A stretch of 64,000 nt of DNA from Thermoplasmata archaeon (GTDB taxonomy: Archaea; Thermoplasmatota; Thermoplasmata; Lutacidiplasmatales; UBA184), in assembly GCA_021816955.1 (NCBI GenBank), contig JAKAWP010000003.1, positions 5,344-69,343 on the forward strand, given 5' to 3'. Below are positions 10,133 through 17,811 of the stretch, one piece after another (positions within the stretch are counted from its first letter, which is position 1; each line of letters starts with the position of its first letter). The notes under the pieces are model-generated. The model worked only from the letters and a program-made list of their open reading frames with translations, was not told where the DNA came from and made no database searches. The position numbers and the translations under genes were made by a program.

Positions 10133-10219
10133 ATGGCGGCGCTCTGGGCCGTACGGCTCGCCGCCGTCGCGGTCTTTGTCTACCTGCTCTTACGATTGTT
10201 CGGAGGCGGAGGAGGATGA
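10133..10219 (+). CDS. speculative 28-codon hydrophobic micro-ORF between atpD and atpH
   Basis: My own reading gives ATG 10133 ... TGA 10217-10219, encoding MAALWAVRLAAVAVFVYLLLRLFGGGGG. Its stop overlaps the atpH ATG as ATGA. It contains several GC-poor codons, which lowers confidence. Confidence 0.2.
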   Translation: MAALWAVRLAAVAVFVYLLLRLFGGGGG

Positions 10220-10575
10220 CCGAGGGAACCGGGACGAGCGAGCCGGCATCGGAGACGATCGAGACGCTCAAGCGGGTCCGGGACGCCGAGCGGGAGTGGG
10301 CCGAGGCGCTCGCGCGAGCGAAGCAGGCCGCGGCGGACGATCTCGCCCGACGGCGGGCCGAGACCGAAGCGATCTTGCACGCCGCGCGGCAGGAAGCCGA
10401 GCGCGAGCCGGCGTCGCGGCGGCTCGCCGGCCGGGCCGAGCGGGAGCGAGAGATCCAGACGATCGCGGCGGAGACCGAGGCGCGACTGCGCGCCGAAGCG
10501 GCGGCGAAGGACGACCTCGCCCGACGCAAGGCCGACGAGCTGCTCGCGGCCGTGCTGGAAGGGTTGCTGCCGTAA
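10216..10575 (+). CDS. atpH: A-type ATP synthase subunit H (peripheral stalk, G-like)
   Basis: 119 aa, highly charged Ala/Glu/Arg-rich helical protein directly upstream of atpI. GGAGG repeats precede the ATG. Confidence 0.7.
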   Translation: MTEGTGTSEPASETIETLKRVRDAEREWAEALARAKQAAADDLARRRAETEAILHAARQEAEREPASRRLAGRAEREREIQTIAAETEARLRAEAAAKDDLARRKADELLAAVLEGLLP

Positions 10576-10600
10576 GCGGTCGAGGGCGGAGGAGGGCGCG

Positions 10601-12598
10601 ATGGGCGTGCTGCGACCGGTGCCGATGCGCAAGGTCCGGCTGGTCGGCCTCAAGCGCGACCGCGAAGCGATCCTCTCGACGCTGCACGACCTGCGGGTCG
10701 CCCAGATCGAGCCGATCTCGCCGCCGGCGCTCGCCGTGATCGGCGCCGAGCGCGCGCCCGAGGAGCAGCGGGTGATCGGGGAGGAGCTCCTGCGGTTCCG
10801 GGGCCTGAAGAGCGCGCTCCCCCCGGTTCCCGTCGGCCGACGCGAGCAGTTCCGCACCCGGTCGGACGTCCTGGCGGCGGCCCGATCGGTGACGATCGAC
10901 GAGGAGGTCTGCGCCCTTCGCCGCGAGGAGGACCGGCGGACGACCGAGCGGGCCAGCGCGATGACCGATCGAGAGCTGCTCGACCGGCTCGCGTTCTATC
11001 CGGGACGGCTCGAGTACCTGACCTCGGCGTCAGTCTACTCGTTCGCCGGCGAAGCGTCGGCGGAGGCGTTCGAAACGTTGCGCCGGGCCCCCGAGCTCGC
11101 CGGGACCGCCGAGCTATTGGTCGGCCCGTCCGGCGAGACCGTAACGTTCCTGTTGATCGTCCGCCGGGAGGCCGCGACCGCGCTGCCGCGATTCCTCGAG
11201 GGCCGAGGCGTCCGCTGGACGGCGATCCCGCCGGGGTGGTCCGGGACCGTCGCCGAGGAACGCGCGCGTCGCCAAGCGATCGTCGACGCCGCCACGCAGC
11301 GACTCGCGGAGATCCGGCGACGGCTCGCCGAGATCGCCGAGCGCGACTACGCCAAGGTCGCCGCGATCGAGGAGGCGCTCACCATCGAGAACCGCAAGCT
11401 CGAGGTGTACGGGAAGCTCGGCGGCGGCCAAGCGACGTTCGCCCTCGAAGCGTGGGTGCCCCGCCGGGACGTCGACCGGCTGCGCGCGGCCCTCGAACGG
11501 GTCACCGATCAGACCGTCGTGCTCGAGATCCTGTCGGACGCCGAGGCGGCGCCGACGCTCATGGAGAATCCCCGCGGGGTCCGCTGGTTCGAGTTCTTCA
11601 TCCGGTTCTACTCGCTCCCCCAGGCGAACGAGTGGGACCCGACGCTCGTCTTCGCGATCGTCTTCCCGATCTTCTTCGGCCTGATGCTCGGCGACTGGGG
11701 CTACGGACTCGTCATCCTCCTCATCTCGCTCTGGATGATCCGGGGGTTCCCGGGCGCCCATCGCCTTCCGAAGTTCGGCCGCAACTTCGTCAAGATGATC
11801 ATGGGGCCGAACGCGATGCGCCAGCTCGCCCTCGCGCTCGTGCCGGGCTGCCTGGTCGCGATCGGGCTTGGCCTGTACTGGGACGAGTTCTTCGGCTACC
11901 CGCTCTTTGCGCGGTGGTTCGGCTACCACGCGACGGTCACGCCGATCGGCAACGTGGGGCTGCTGCTGCTCATCGCCGGCTACATCGGCCTCGGCATGGT
12001 CACGCTCGGCTTTCTCTTCGGCGCGATCCAAGAGTGGTATACGGGCCACCGTCGCGGCGCGTTCGCCAAGGTCGGGGGGATCCTCTTCGCCTGGGGGCTC
12101 GCCGAGTTCGGTCTCGCCGTCCTCCGCCACCAGACGTCGTTCACGGGCAACCCGTTCCTCGGCGCCTACGTCGGCCTGATGGGCGCGGGACTCGCCCTCC
12201 TCATCGGCCTCGAGGGCGTGCAGACCGGTGCGATGGGGCTCATCGAGGTCGTGAGCCACATCTTGTCGTACACGCGGCTGATCGGGATCCTCTTGGCGTC
12301 GGTGATCCTCGCCCTCGTCTTCAACGACATCGCGGGCGGGCAGTTCGGCGCCGCCGCCCCCGCCTACCTCGTCCTGGGCCTCGTGATCCTCGTCGTCGGC
12401 CAGACGTTCAACACGATCCTCGGCGTCTTCGAGCCCGGGATCCAAGGCGCCCGGCTCATCTTCGTCGAGTACTTTTCCAAGTTCTACCACGGGAACGGGC
12501 GCGGGTTCCATCCGTTCGGATCCGAGCGGAAGTACACGGAGCCGGCCCCTGCGTTCGCGGACGTGCGCGACGCGACCGGCCGCCGGGCGCTTCCGTAG
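10601..12598 (+). CDS. atpI: A-type ATP synthase subunit I (membrane a-subunit)
   Basis: 665 aa. Soluble N-terminal half and polytopic C-terminal half, with HILSYTRLIGILLAS containing the conserved Arg. Confidence 0.9.
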   Translation: MGVLRPVPMRKVRLVGLKRDREAILSTLHDLRVAQIEPISPPALAVIGAERAPEEQRVIGEELLRFRGLKSALPPVPVGRREQFRTRSDVLAAARSVTIDEEVCALRREEDRRTTERASAMTDRELLDRLAFYPGRLEYLTSASVYSFAGEASAEAFETLRRAPELAGTAELLVGPSGETVTFLLIVRREAATALPRFLEGRGVRWTAIPPGWSGTVAEERARRQAIVDAATQRLAEIRRRLAEIAERDYAKVAAIEEALTIENRKLEVYGKLGGGQATFALEAWVPRRDVDRLRAALERVTDQTVVLEILSDAEAAPTLMENPRGVRWFEFFIRFYSLPQANEWDPTLVFAIVFPIFFGLMLGDWGYGLVILLISLWMIRGFPGAHRLPKFGRNFVKMIMGPNAMRQLALALVPGCLVAIGLGLYWDEFFGYPLFARWFGYHATVTPIGNVGLLLLIAGYIGLGMVTLGFLFGAIQEWYTGHRRGAFAKVGGILFAWGLAEFGLAVLRHQTSFTGNPFLGAYVGLMGAGLALLIGLEGVQTGAMGLIEVVSHILSYTRLIGILLASVILALVFNDIAGGQFGAAAPAYLVLGLVILVVGQTFNTILGVFEPGIQGARLIFVEYFSKFYHGNGRGFHPFGSERKYTEPAPAFADVRDATGRRALP

Positions 12599-12679
12599 CC
12601 GGACCGGCCGGCGTCCCGCGGCCGTTGTTCCGGCCGGGCGGAGCGAAACGTCAAGCGGCGGGCTCCCTTCCCGGCGCCG

Positions 12680-13183
12680 ATGCCGTTTAGGACCGCGCGC
12701 GCCTACGACCCGGCCCGCCCGGACGACGGGCGCCGCTACCTGATCGACCGGCTCTGGCCGCGCGGCCTCGCGAAGACGGCGCTCCGCCTCGACGGCTGGT
12801 GGCGCGAACTCGCCCCGTCGGACCGGCTTCGGCGCGCGTTCGGCCACGACCCGGCGAAGTTTCCCGCGTTCCGCCGGGCGTACCGCGCGGAGCTCGCCGA
12901 ACGGGCCGAGCTGGTCGACCGCCTCGTCGCCGAGGGCCGCCGCGGAACGGTCACGCTCGTCTACGCCGCGCGCGACGCCCGGCACTCGAACGCGGCGGTG
13001 CTCGTCGAACTGCTCCGCGAGCGGGCCCGCGCCGGCGCCCGCCGCGCTACAGGCGGGGGACGACGAGCAGCGGCTCGACCTTCTCGCGCGGGACGCCGTA
13101 GAGGCGGGCGAACGCGATCCGGCGCACGTCGCGCCACTCGAGCTCGGCCCGGAGCAGGTAGGCGAAGATCACGCTCAGGCTGA
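12680..13183 (+). CDS. DUF488 family protein with Arg-rich C-terminal tail
   Basis: RYLIDRLWPRGL...WWRELAPS..LRRAF...F..F...Y..EL and TLVYAARD..HSNA are the DUF488 blocks as I recall them. The last ~45 residues are low-complexity and overlap the 3' end of atpC. Confidence 0.75.
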   Translation: MPFRTARAYDPARPDDGRRYLIDRLWPRGLAKTALRLDGWWRELAPSDRLRRAFGHDPAKFPAFRRAYRAELAERAELVDRLVAEGRRGTVTLVYAARDARHSNAAVLVELLRERARAGARRATGGGRRAAARPSRAGRRRGGRTRSGARRATRARPGAGRRRSRSG

Positions 13184-14123
13184 GCGGGAAGCTCCGCAGG
13201 CGGGCGAACTCCGCCCGGGCGCGCTCCCGCCAGAGGATCGCCTCGACCTCGGCCAAGCCGTCGGAGGCGCGGTAGACGTCGGCGAGCGGGGCCGGCGGGG
13301 CGAGCGTCGAACCGATCCGGTCGAGGAGCGCCGGGAGCCCTCCGCTCGCGTACCACTCCTCGAAGGTCGACCGGGCGAGCGTCCCGCCGTCAATGAACCG
13401 GACGGCGACCCGATCGAACGGCAGCTCCGCGAGCTTCCCCTTGAGCGCGACGAGCTCGTTGCGGACGTCGATCTCGCTCTGGACGAACCGGCGGACGATC
13501 CCTTCGTCGCCTTGGAAGAACTTGAGGGCGTCGAGGACGGTCCGGTAGTAATCCGCCTCGAGCGCGAAGCGGAGCGGAAAGATGTCGCGGGTCCGGCGAA
13601 ACTCTTCGACGAGCGGCAAGATCGTCGCGCCGTAGCCGAACCTGACGAGCGCGCTCGCGAGCGCTTCGACGGTCGGCTGCTCGAGGAGCGCGCGGTAGTC
13701 GTCGAGCGTGAGGACGCCGCCCGCGAGCCCCGCGGGCCGTTCGCGACTCGAGATGAGGTGGTCGTCGGTCTCCGAGACGGTCCGGCCCTCGAGACGGGAG
13801 GCGAAGATCAGCTCCAGGTTCTCGAGGTCCCACCGTCGGAGGTACGCACCGACCGCGGCGCGTCCGGCGAACGGGGTCGCCGCCCAGGCGAGGTGGTTGC
13901 GGCGGATCAGCGTGCGGTTGAGGGCGATCTCGACCAGCGCGATCCCTTGGTGCGTCGCCCGCGCTTGGTTCACTTCGGGCCCGTACGGGGTCGATTCGAG
14001 GAACTGGAGCAGGGCGTCGAGGTCCCGCGTGGCGAGGAGCTGGGCGAACGTCTCCGGGGAGAAGAACGCCGGGAAGTCGGAGCGCAGGCGGCCGAGCGCC
14101 ACCGCGTACGGGGAGGCGGCCAC
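13047..14123 (-). CDS. atpC: A-type ATP synthase subunit C
   Basis: 358 aa all-helical protein downstream of atpE. Size and position are typical of subunit C (d-like). Confidence 0.85.
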   Translation of the reverse strand: MAASPYAVALGRLRSDFPAFFSPETFAQLLATRDLDALLQFLESTPYGPEVNQARATHQGIALVEIALNRTLIRRNHLAWAATPFAGRAAVGAYLRRWDLENLELIFASRLEGRTVSETDDHLISSRERPAGLAGGVLTLDDYRALLEQPTVEALASALVRFGYGATILPLVEEFRRTRDIFPLRFALEADYYRTVLDALKFFQGDEGIVRRFVQSEIDVRNELVALKGKLAELPFDRVAVRFIDGGTLARSTFEEWYASGGLPALLDRIGSTLAPPAPLADVYRASDGLAEVEAILWRERARAEFARLRSFPLSLSVIFAYLLRAELEWRDVRRIAFARLYGVPREKVEPLLVVPRL

Positions 14124-14138
14124 GCCGACGCACCCCCC

Positions 14139-14690
14139 TCAAGCGAGTCGCGCGCGCACCCGGTCTTCCCGAAGGCGCAGTAGCTCGTCCAGCGACAGGT
14201 TGAGCTCCCGCCGCCCGTCGACCGTCCGGGCGATGAGGCCCCCGAGAATCGGGCGGGGCGTCGGGTCGAACGCGGCGCCGGCCGCCTCGCGCAGGAGGGA
14301 GGCGTCTTCGCGCCGGCCCTCGACCTTGAACTCCGGGCCGAGGACTCGACGGGCCTCCTCGACCATCCGGGCGAGCGTAGCGGCGTAGCGGGGCGACGCC
14401 GTGAACTCCGCGAGCAGGCGACGGGTCTCGGCAATCCCGCGCTCGAGGCGGGCCTCTCGGGCCGCGTCGAGCCGCTGGCGCGCCTCGAGCCGCGCGGCCG
14501 AGATCCGCTGCGTGCGCTCCCGAGCGATCTCCTGGTCGGTCGCTTGGCGGAGTTCCCGGCGCAACGCGTCCAAGCGGCGGGCCCGCTCGGCTTCGATCGC
14601 CTGCGCCTCCGCCTCGGCGGCCTTCTGGACCGCCGCGATCTCGCTCTCCGCCCGCGCCCGAATCTCCTCGACGAGGCGCTCGAGCGTCAT
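14139..14690 (-). CDS. atpE: A-type ATP synthase subunit E
   Basis: 183 aa. N-terminal long charged helix (LERLVEEIRARAESEIAAVQKAAEAEAQAIE) and globular C-terminus, between atpK and atpC. Confidence 0.8.
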   Translation of the reverse strand: MTLERLVEEIRARAESEIAAVQKAAEAEAQAIEAERARRLDALRRELRQATDQEIARERTQRISAARLEARQRLDAAREARLERGIAETRRLLAEFTASPRYAATLARMVEEARRVLGPEFKVEGRREDASLLREAAGAAFDPTPRPILGGLIARTVDGRRELNLSLDELLRLREDRVRARLA

Positions 14691-14714
14691 CGTCGTCCTG
14701 GTCGCGCCGAGACC

Positions 14715-14945
14715 CTACAGGATGTTGAGGAGCAGGATGATCCCCAGCACGAACCCGATGATCCAGAGCGTCTCGGGAATGACGAAGAAGAACAGCACTT
14801 GACCGAACTTCTCGGGCTTCTCCGCGATGATCCCCATCCCCGAGGCGCCGATCCCCGATTGGGCCATCCCCGTCCCGATCAATCCGCCGGCGATGGCGAT
14901 GCCCGCGGCGAGCGCTTCGTACGCCTGGACCGTGTCCGAAACCAT
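14715..14945 (-). CDS. atpK: A-type ATP synthase proteolipid subunit K (single hairpin)
   Basis: 76 aa, two TM helices with a polar loop AEKPEKFGQ and the carboxylate in VIPETLWIIG. Confidence 0.9.
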   Translation of the reverse strand: MVSDTVQAYEALAAGIAIAGGLIGTGMAQSGIGASGMGIIAEKPEKFGQVLFFFVIPETLWIIGFVLGIILLLNIL

Positions 14946-14977
14946 AGGCCGTCCCGGGCGGGCCGAGCAAGGTCGGG

Positions 14978-14984
14978 TATATAA
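14978..14984 (-). promoter_or_regulatory. TATA box for the atpKEC transcription unit
   Basis: Minus strand reads TTATATA, centred about 36 nt upstream of the atpK ATG (14945), in GC-rich surroundings. Confidence 0.4.
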
Positions 14985-15110
14985 CTCGCACCGACGCGAG
15001 ACCGGGCGGTTTCTTGACGGCGGTCGGCCGCACCGGGACGGGCGACCCGCGAGGGGCTCGGTCGTTCGGAAGACGGCCCCGAGGGCGACGGCTCCGCCGA
15101 CCCGGTTCGA

Positions 15111-15632
15111 CTACCCCGGACGGGTCGGACGGGCGACCGCACCGTCGCCCGAGTTCTCGGGAGCGGCCGTCCGGCCCTTCGGCCCCGGGGGCCGGTGGGC
15201 CCGACGGTAGGCGCGGCCGAACAGGACCGTGGCACCGACGAAGGTGAGGACGCCCGCCCCGTACGCCGCGAAGCAGACGAGGCAGAGCGCGCCGACGAGC
15301 GCGAGCTCGACGTACGCGAAGTAGGCGGAGAAGGCGACGGCGCCGACAGCGAGGACGAAGAGCGGCGTCGTGGCGAAGAGGTCGCGCCGCTGTTCGGCCC
15401 ACGCCGCGGCGGCGAGGAGCGCGACGAACCCGAGAACGCCGATCAGCCAATCCGGCACCCCGAACGTCGTCGTCCGGCCGCTCGTCGCAACCTTGGCGCA
15501 TGAGATGAATCCGTTGACCGAGCAGAGGCTCTGGAGCGCCGGATTCAACGTCTCGGCGGCCGCGTAGATCGAGATGATGAGGCCGATGCCGGCCGCGAGG
15601 TAGACGAACAGCCGCCAATCGCTCGTCCGCAT
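15111..15632 (-). CDS. vitamin K epoxide reductase (VKOR) family membrane protein
   Basis: Loop cysteine pair CSVNGFISC (C-x7-C) and CLVC (CxxC) at the start of a TM helix; four or more hydrophobic segments. Confidence 0.8.
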   Translation of the reverse strand: MRTSDWRLFVYLAAGIGLIISIYAAAETLNPALQSLCSVNGFISCAKVATSGRTTTFGVPDWLIGVLGFVALLAAAAWAEQRRDLFATTPLFVLAVGAVAFSAYFAYVELALVGALCLVCFAAYGAGVLTFVGATVLFGRAYRRAHRPPGPKGRTAAPENSGDGAVARPTRPG

Positions 15633-15665
15633 GCTCCCGATCCGCCCGCCCCGAGGGGTCTCCCG

Positions 15666-16808
15666 CTAGCTGAACTGGCCGATCCAGTTCTGCACGTTCG
15701 GATTGCTCAGGACCGCGGCGGGGCCGTGGCCGCCGTTCGCCTTCACGATGAGCGCCTCGATGATCCACATCTGCGTCTCGATCAGGGTGAACGCGCCGCC
15801 GCTCTGCGAGACGACCTGGTTCGCGACGGCGGTCGCCCCGCCGTTCGCGCCGCCCGCCCACGTCGCCAGTCCCGCCGGGTCGATCAGGGTGGAGCCCCCA
15901 TGGACCCACCAGCCGTTCACGACGACGAACGGAATCGACCCGCCGGAGTAGGCGGTGACGTAGGCGGCCTGGTACGGGTTGGCGGTGGGCGGGGCGATGA
16001 TCGTGTTGAAATCCATCGACTCGGCGACCTGCAGCGACACCCAGCGGCTCGAATACGTCGTGCTGCCGCCGAGCACGACTTCGGGCGTGCTCGGGTAGAC
16101 GTCGGTCGAGCTCGAGTAGCCGTAGGTGACCCCGGAGAAGTTGCCGAACGCGCGTAGGGCGCCCCACATCGCCCAGCTCGACGCCGAGCAGAACGGGCAG
16201 GCGACGCTGCCGTAGAAGAAGAAGACCGGCACGCCGTTCACCTGCCACGGCGACACGCTGACCCGGGCCCACCCTTGGGGCTGAGGCGTGGTGAACGGCG
16301 GCAAGTACGGGTACCCCGCAGCGATCCCCGCGACGCCGAAGCTCCCGGCGATGACGAGACCGAGGACGATGCCGCCCGCGATCGCGCCGCGGGTCCACGC
16401 GCGCAGGCCGTACTCCCCGTGGCGACGGTGATTCCGCCACAGCGAGAAGAAGAGGACGAACGCGCTCACGACGAACGCGAGCGCGAGGTACGGAAGCGCC
16501 GGAACGAACACGCCGACCGGGGACGGGGCGGCCCACGCGATGGCCGCCCAGAGGCCAAAGAGCGCGGTGAGGATGAGGGCGATCCGCTGCAGCGGCCACT
16601 TCTTCTCGCGCTCCTCGCGGGCCCGCTTGGACACCGGCGGCTCCTCCTCGTCCGTCTCGCGGCGGCGGCGCCGGTAGAGGATCCGCAGCGCCCGCCCCGG
16701 GGCGCCGAGCGACGGGTCCGCGCGGAAGTTCACGCGGCGGTCGCGGGCGATCCGGTCCCAGTCCCACCCCTTCTCCCGAAGGCGTTCGACCTCGTCCCAG
16801 TCGACCAT
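15666..16808 (-). CDS. membrane-anchored DUF929 thioredoxin-fold protein (CPFC)
   Basis: In-frame ATG 16808 of track ORF 15666..17168. Charged N-terminus, three hydrophobic helices, then VFFFYGSVACPFCSASSWAMWGALRAFGNF, matching the DUF929 CPxC block as I recall it. Confidence 0.75.
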   Translation of the reverse strand: MVDWDEVERLREKGWDWDRIARDRRVNFRADPSLGAPGRALRILYRRRRRETDEEEPPVSKRAREEREKKWPLQRIALILTALFGLWAAIAWAAPSPVGVFVPALPYLALAFVVSAFVLFFSLWRNHRRHGEYGLRAWTRGAIAGGIVLGLVIAGSFGVAGIAAGYPYLPPFTTPQPQGWARVSVSPWQVNGVPVFFFYGSVACPFCSASSWAMWGALRAFGNFSGVTYGYSSSTDVYPSTPEVVLGGSTTYSSRWVSLQVAESMDFNTIIAPPTANPYQAAYVTAYSGGSIPFVVVNGWWVHGGSTLIDPAGLATWAGGANGGATAVANQVVSQSGGAFTLIETQMWIIEALIVKANGGHGPAAVLSNPNVQNWIGQFS

Positions 16809-16908
16809 GCGCGATTTGGGAGGGCCGGCCGAGGTACTTGTAGCTTTAGAGTTGGGGCGGAGGACGGCCCGGGCCAATTCATCTACCTTTGGCCCGTAGC
16901 GGCGCGTC

Positions 16909-17811
16909 ATGCGGCTCACGTTCCTCGGCACGGCCGGCTCCTGGCCGACGAAGGAGCGCAATGCAAGCGCGCTCGCGGTCGAACTCGATCGGGAGCTCGT
17001 CCTGTTCGACTGCGGCGAAGGAACGCAGCGCCAGTTGTTCCACTCCGTCGCCTCGTTCATGCGGGTCCGCCGGATCTTTCTCTCCCACTTCCACGGCGAC
17101 CACTTCCTCGGGCTCCCGGGCCTCGTCCAGAGCATGAACCTCAACCATCGGACCGAACCGCTCGACATCTACGGGCCGACCGATGCGAAGGAGATGGTCG
17201 GCCGAGCGCTCGCGCTCGGCTACTACACCCAGCGGTTTCCGATCACGGTCCACGCCCTCTCGGCCGGCGAGTCGCTCGAGCTCGACGGCTACACCGTCCG
17301 GACTGCCCGGGCCGACCACCCGGTGCCGAGCCTGGCGTACCGGCTCGAGGAAGCCCCGAAGCGGGGCCGCTTCGACGTCGAACGGGCCCGGGCCCTCGGC
17401 ATTGAGGGACGCGCGTTCGCGGACCTGGAACAGGGCCGATCGGTCCGGCGAGGATCGACCGTCGTCCACCCGGAGGACGTCCTCGGCCCCCCGCGTCCCG
17501 GCCGCTCCGTCGTCTACTCCGGAGACACCGCGCCGACGCCCGACATCGAGCGCCTCGCGTCGGGAGCCCTCGTCCTCGTCCACGAGGCGACGGTGATGAA
17601 CGACCTGGCGGCGGAGGCGAACGAGTGGGGCCACTCCTCCGCCCAGCAGGCCGCCGAGCTCGCTCGTTCGGCCCATGTCCAGACGCTCTATCTCACCCAT
17701 TTCTCGTCCCGGTACAAGGACGTCGACCCCCTCGCCGAAGAGGCCCGACGCATCTTTCCGTCGTCGTTCGCGGCGCGGGACCTAGCCGAGCACCTTGTCC
17801 GGCAGCCATGA
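16909..17811 (+). CDS. rnz: ribonuclease Z
   Basis: MRLTFLGTAGS..., metallo-beta-lactamase motif SHFHGDH, 300 aa. Confidence 0.9.
   Translation: MRLTFLGTAGSWPTKERNASALAVELDRELVLFDCGEGTQRQLFHSVASFMRVRRIFLSHFHGDHFLGLPGLVQSMNLNHRTEPLDIYGPTDAKEMVGRALALGYYTQRFPITVHALSAGESLELDGYTVRTARADHPVPSLAYRLEEAPKRGRFDVERARALGIEGRAFADLEQGRSVRRGSTVVHPEDVLGPPRPGRSVVYSGDTAPTPDIERLASGALVLVHEATVMNDLAAEANEWGHSSAQQAAELARSAHVQTLYLTHFSSRYKDVDPLAEEARRIFPSSFAARDLAEHLVRQP

Noticed and set aside
13390-16767. 1125-aa minus-strand ORF spanning atpC to the DUF929 gene
   Set aside because: It is out of frame with four well-supported genes on the same strand. Composition is dominated by Arg/Pro/Gly and no motifs are present.
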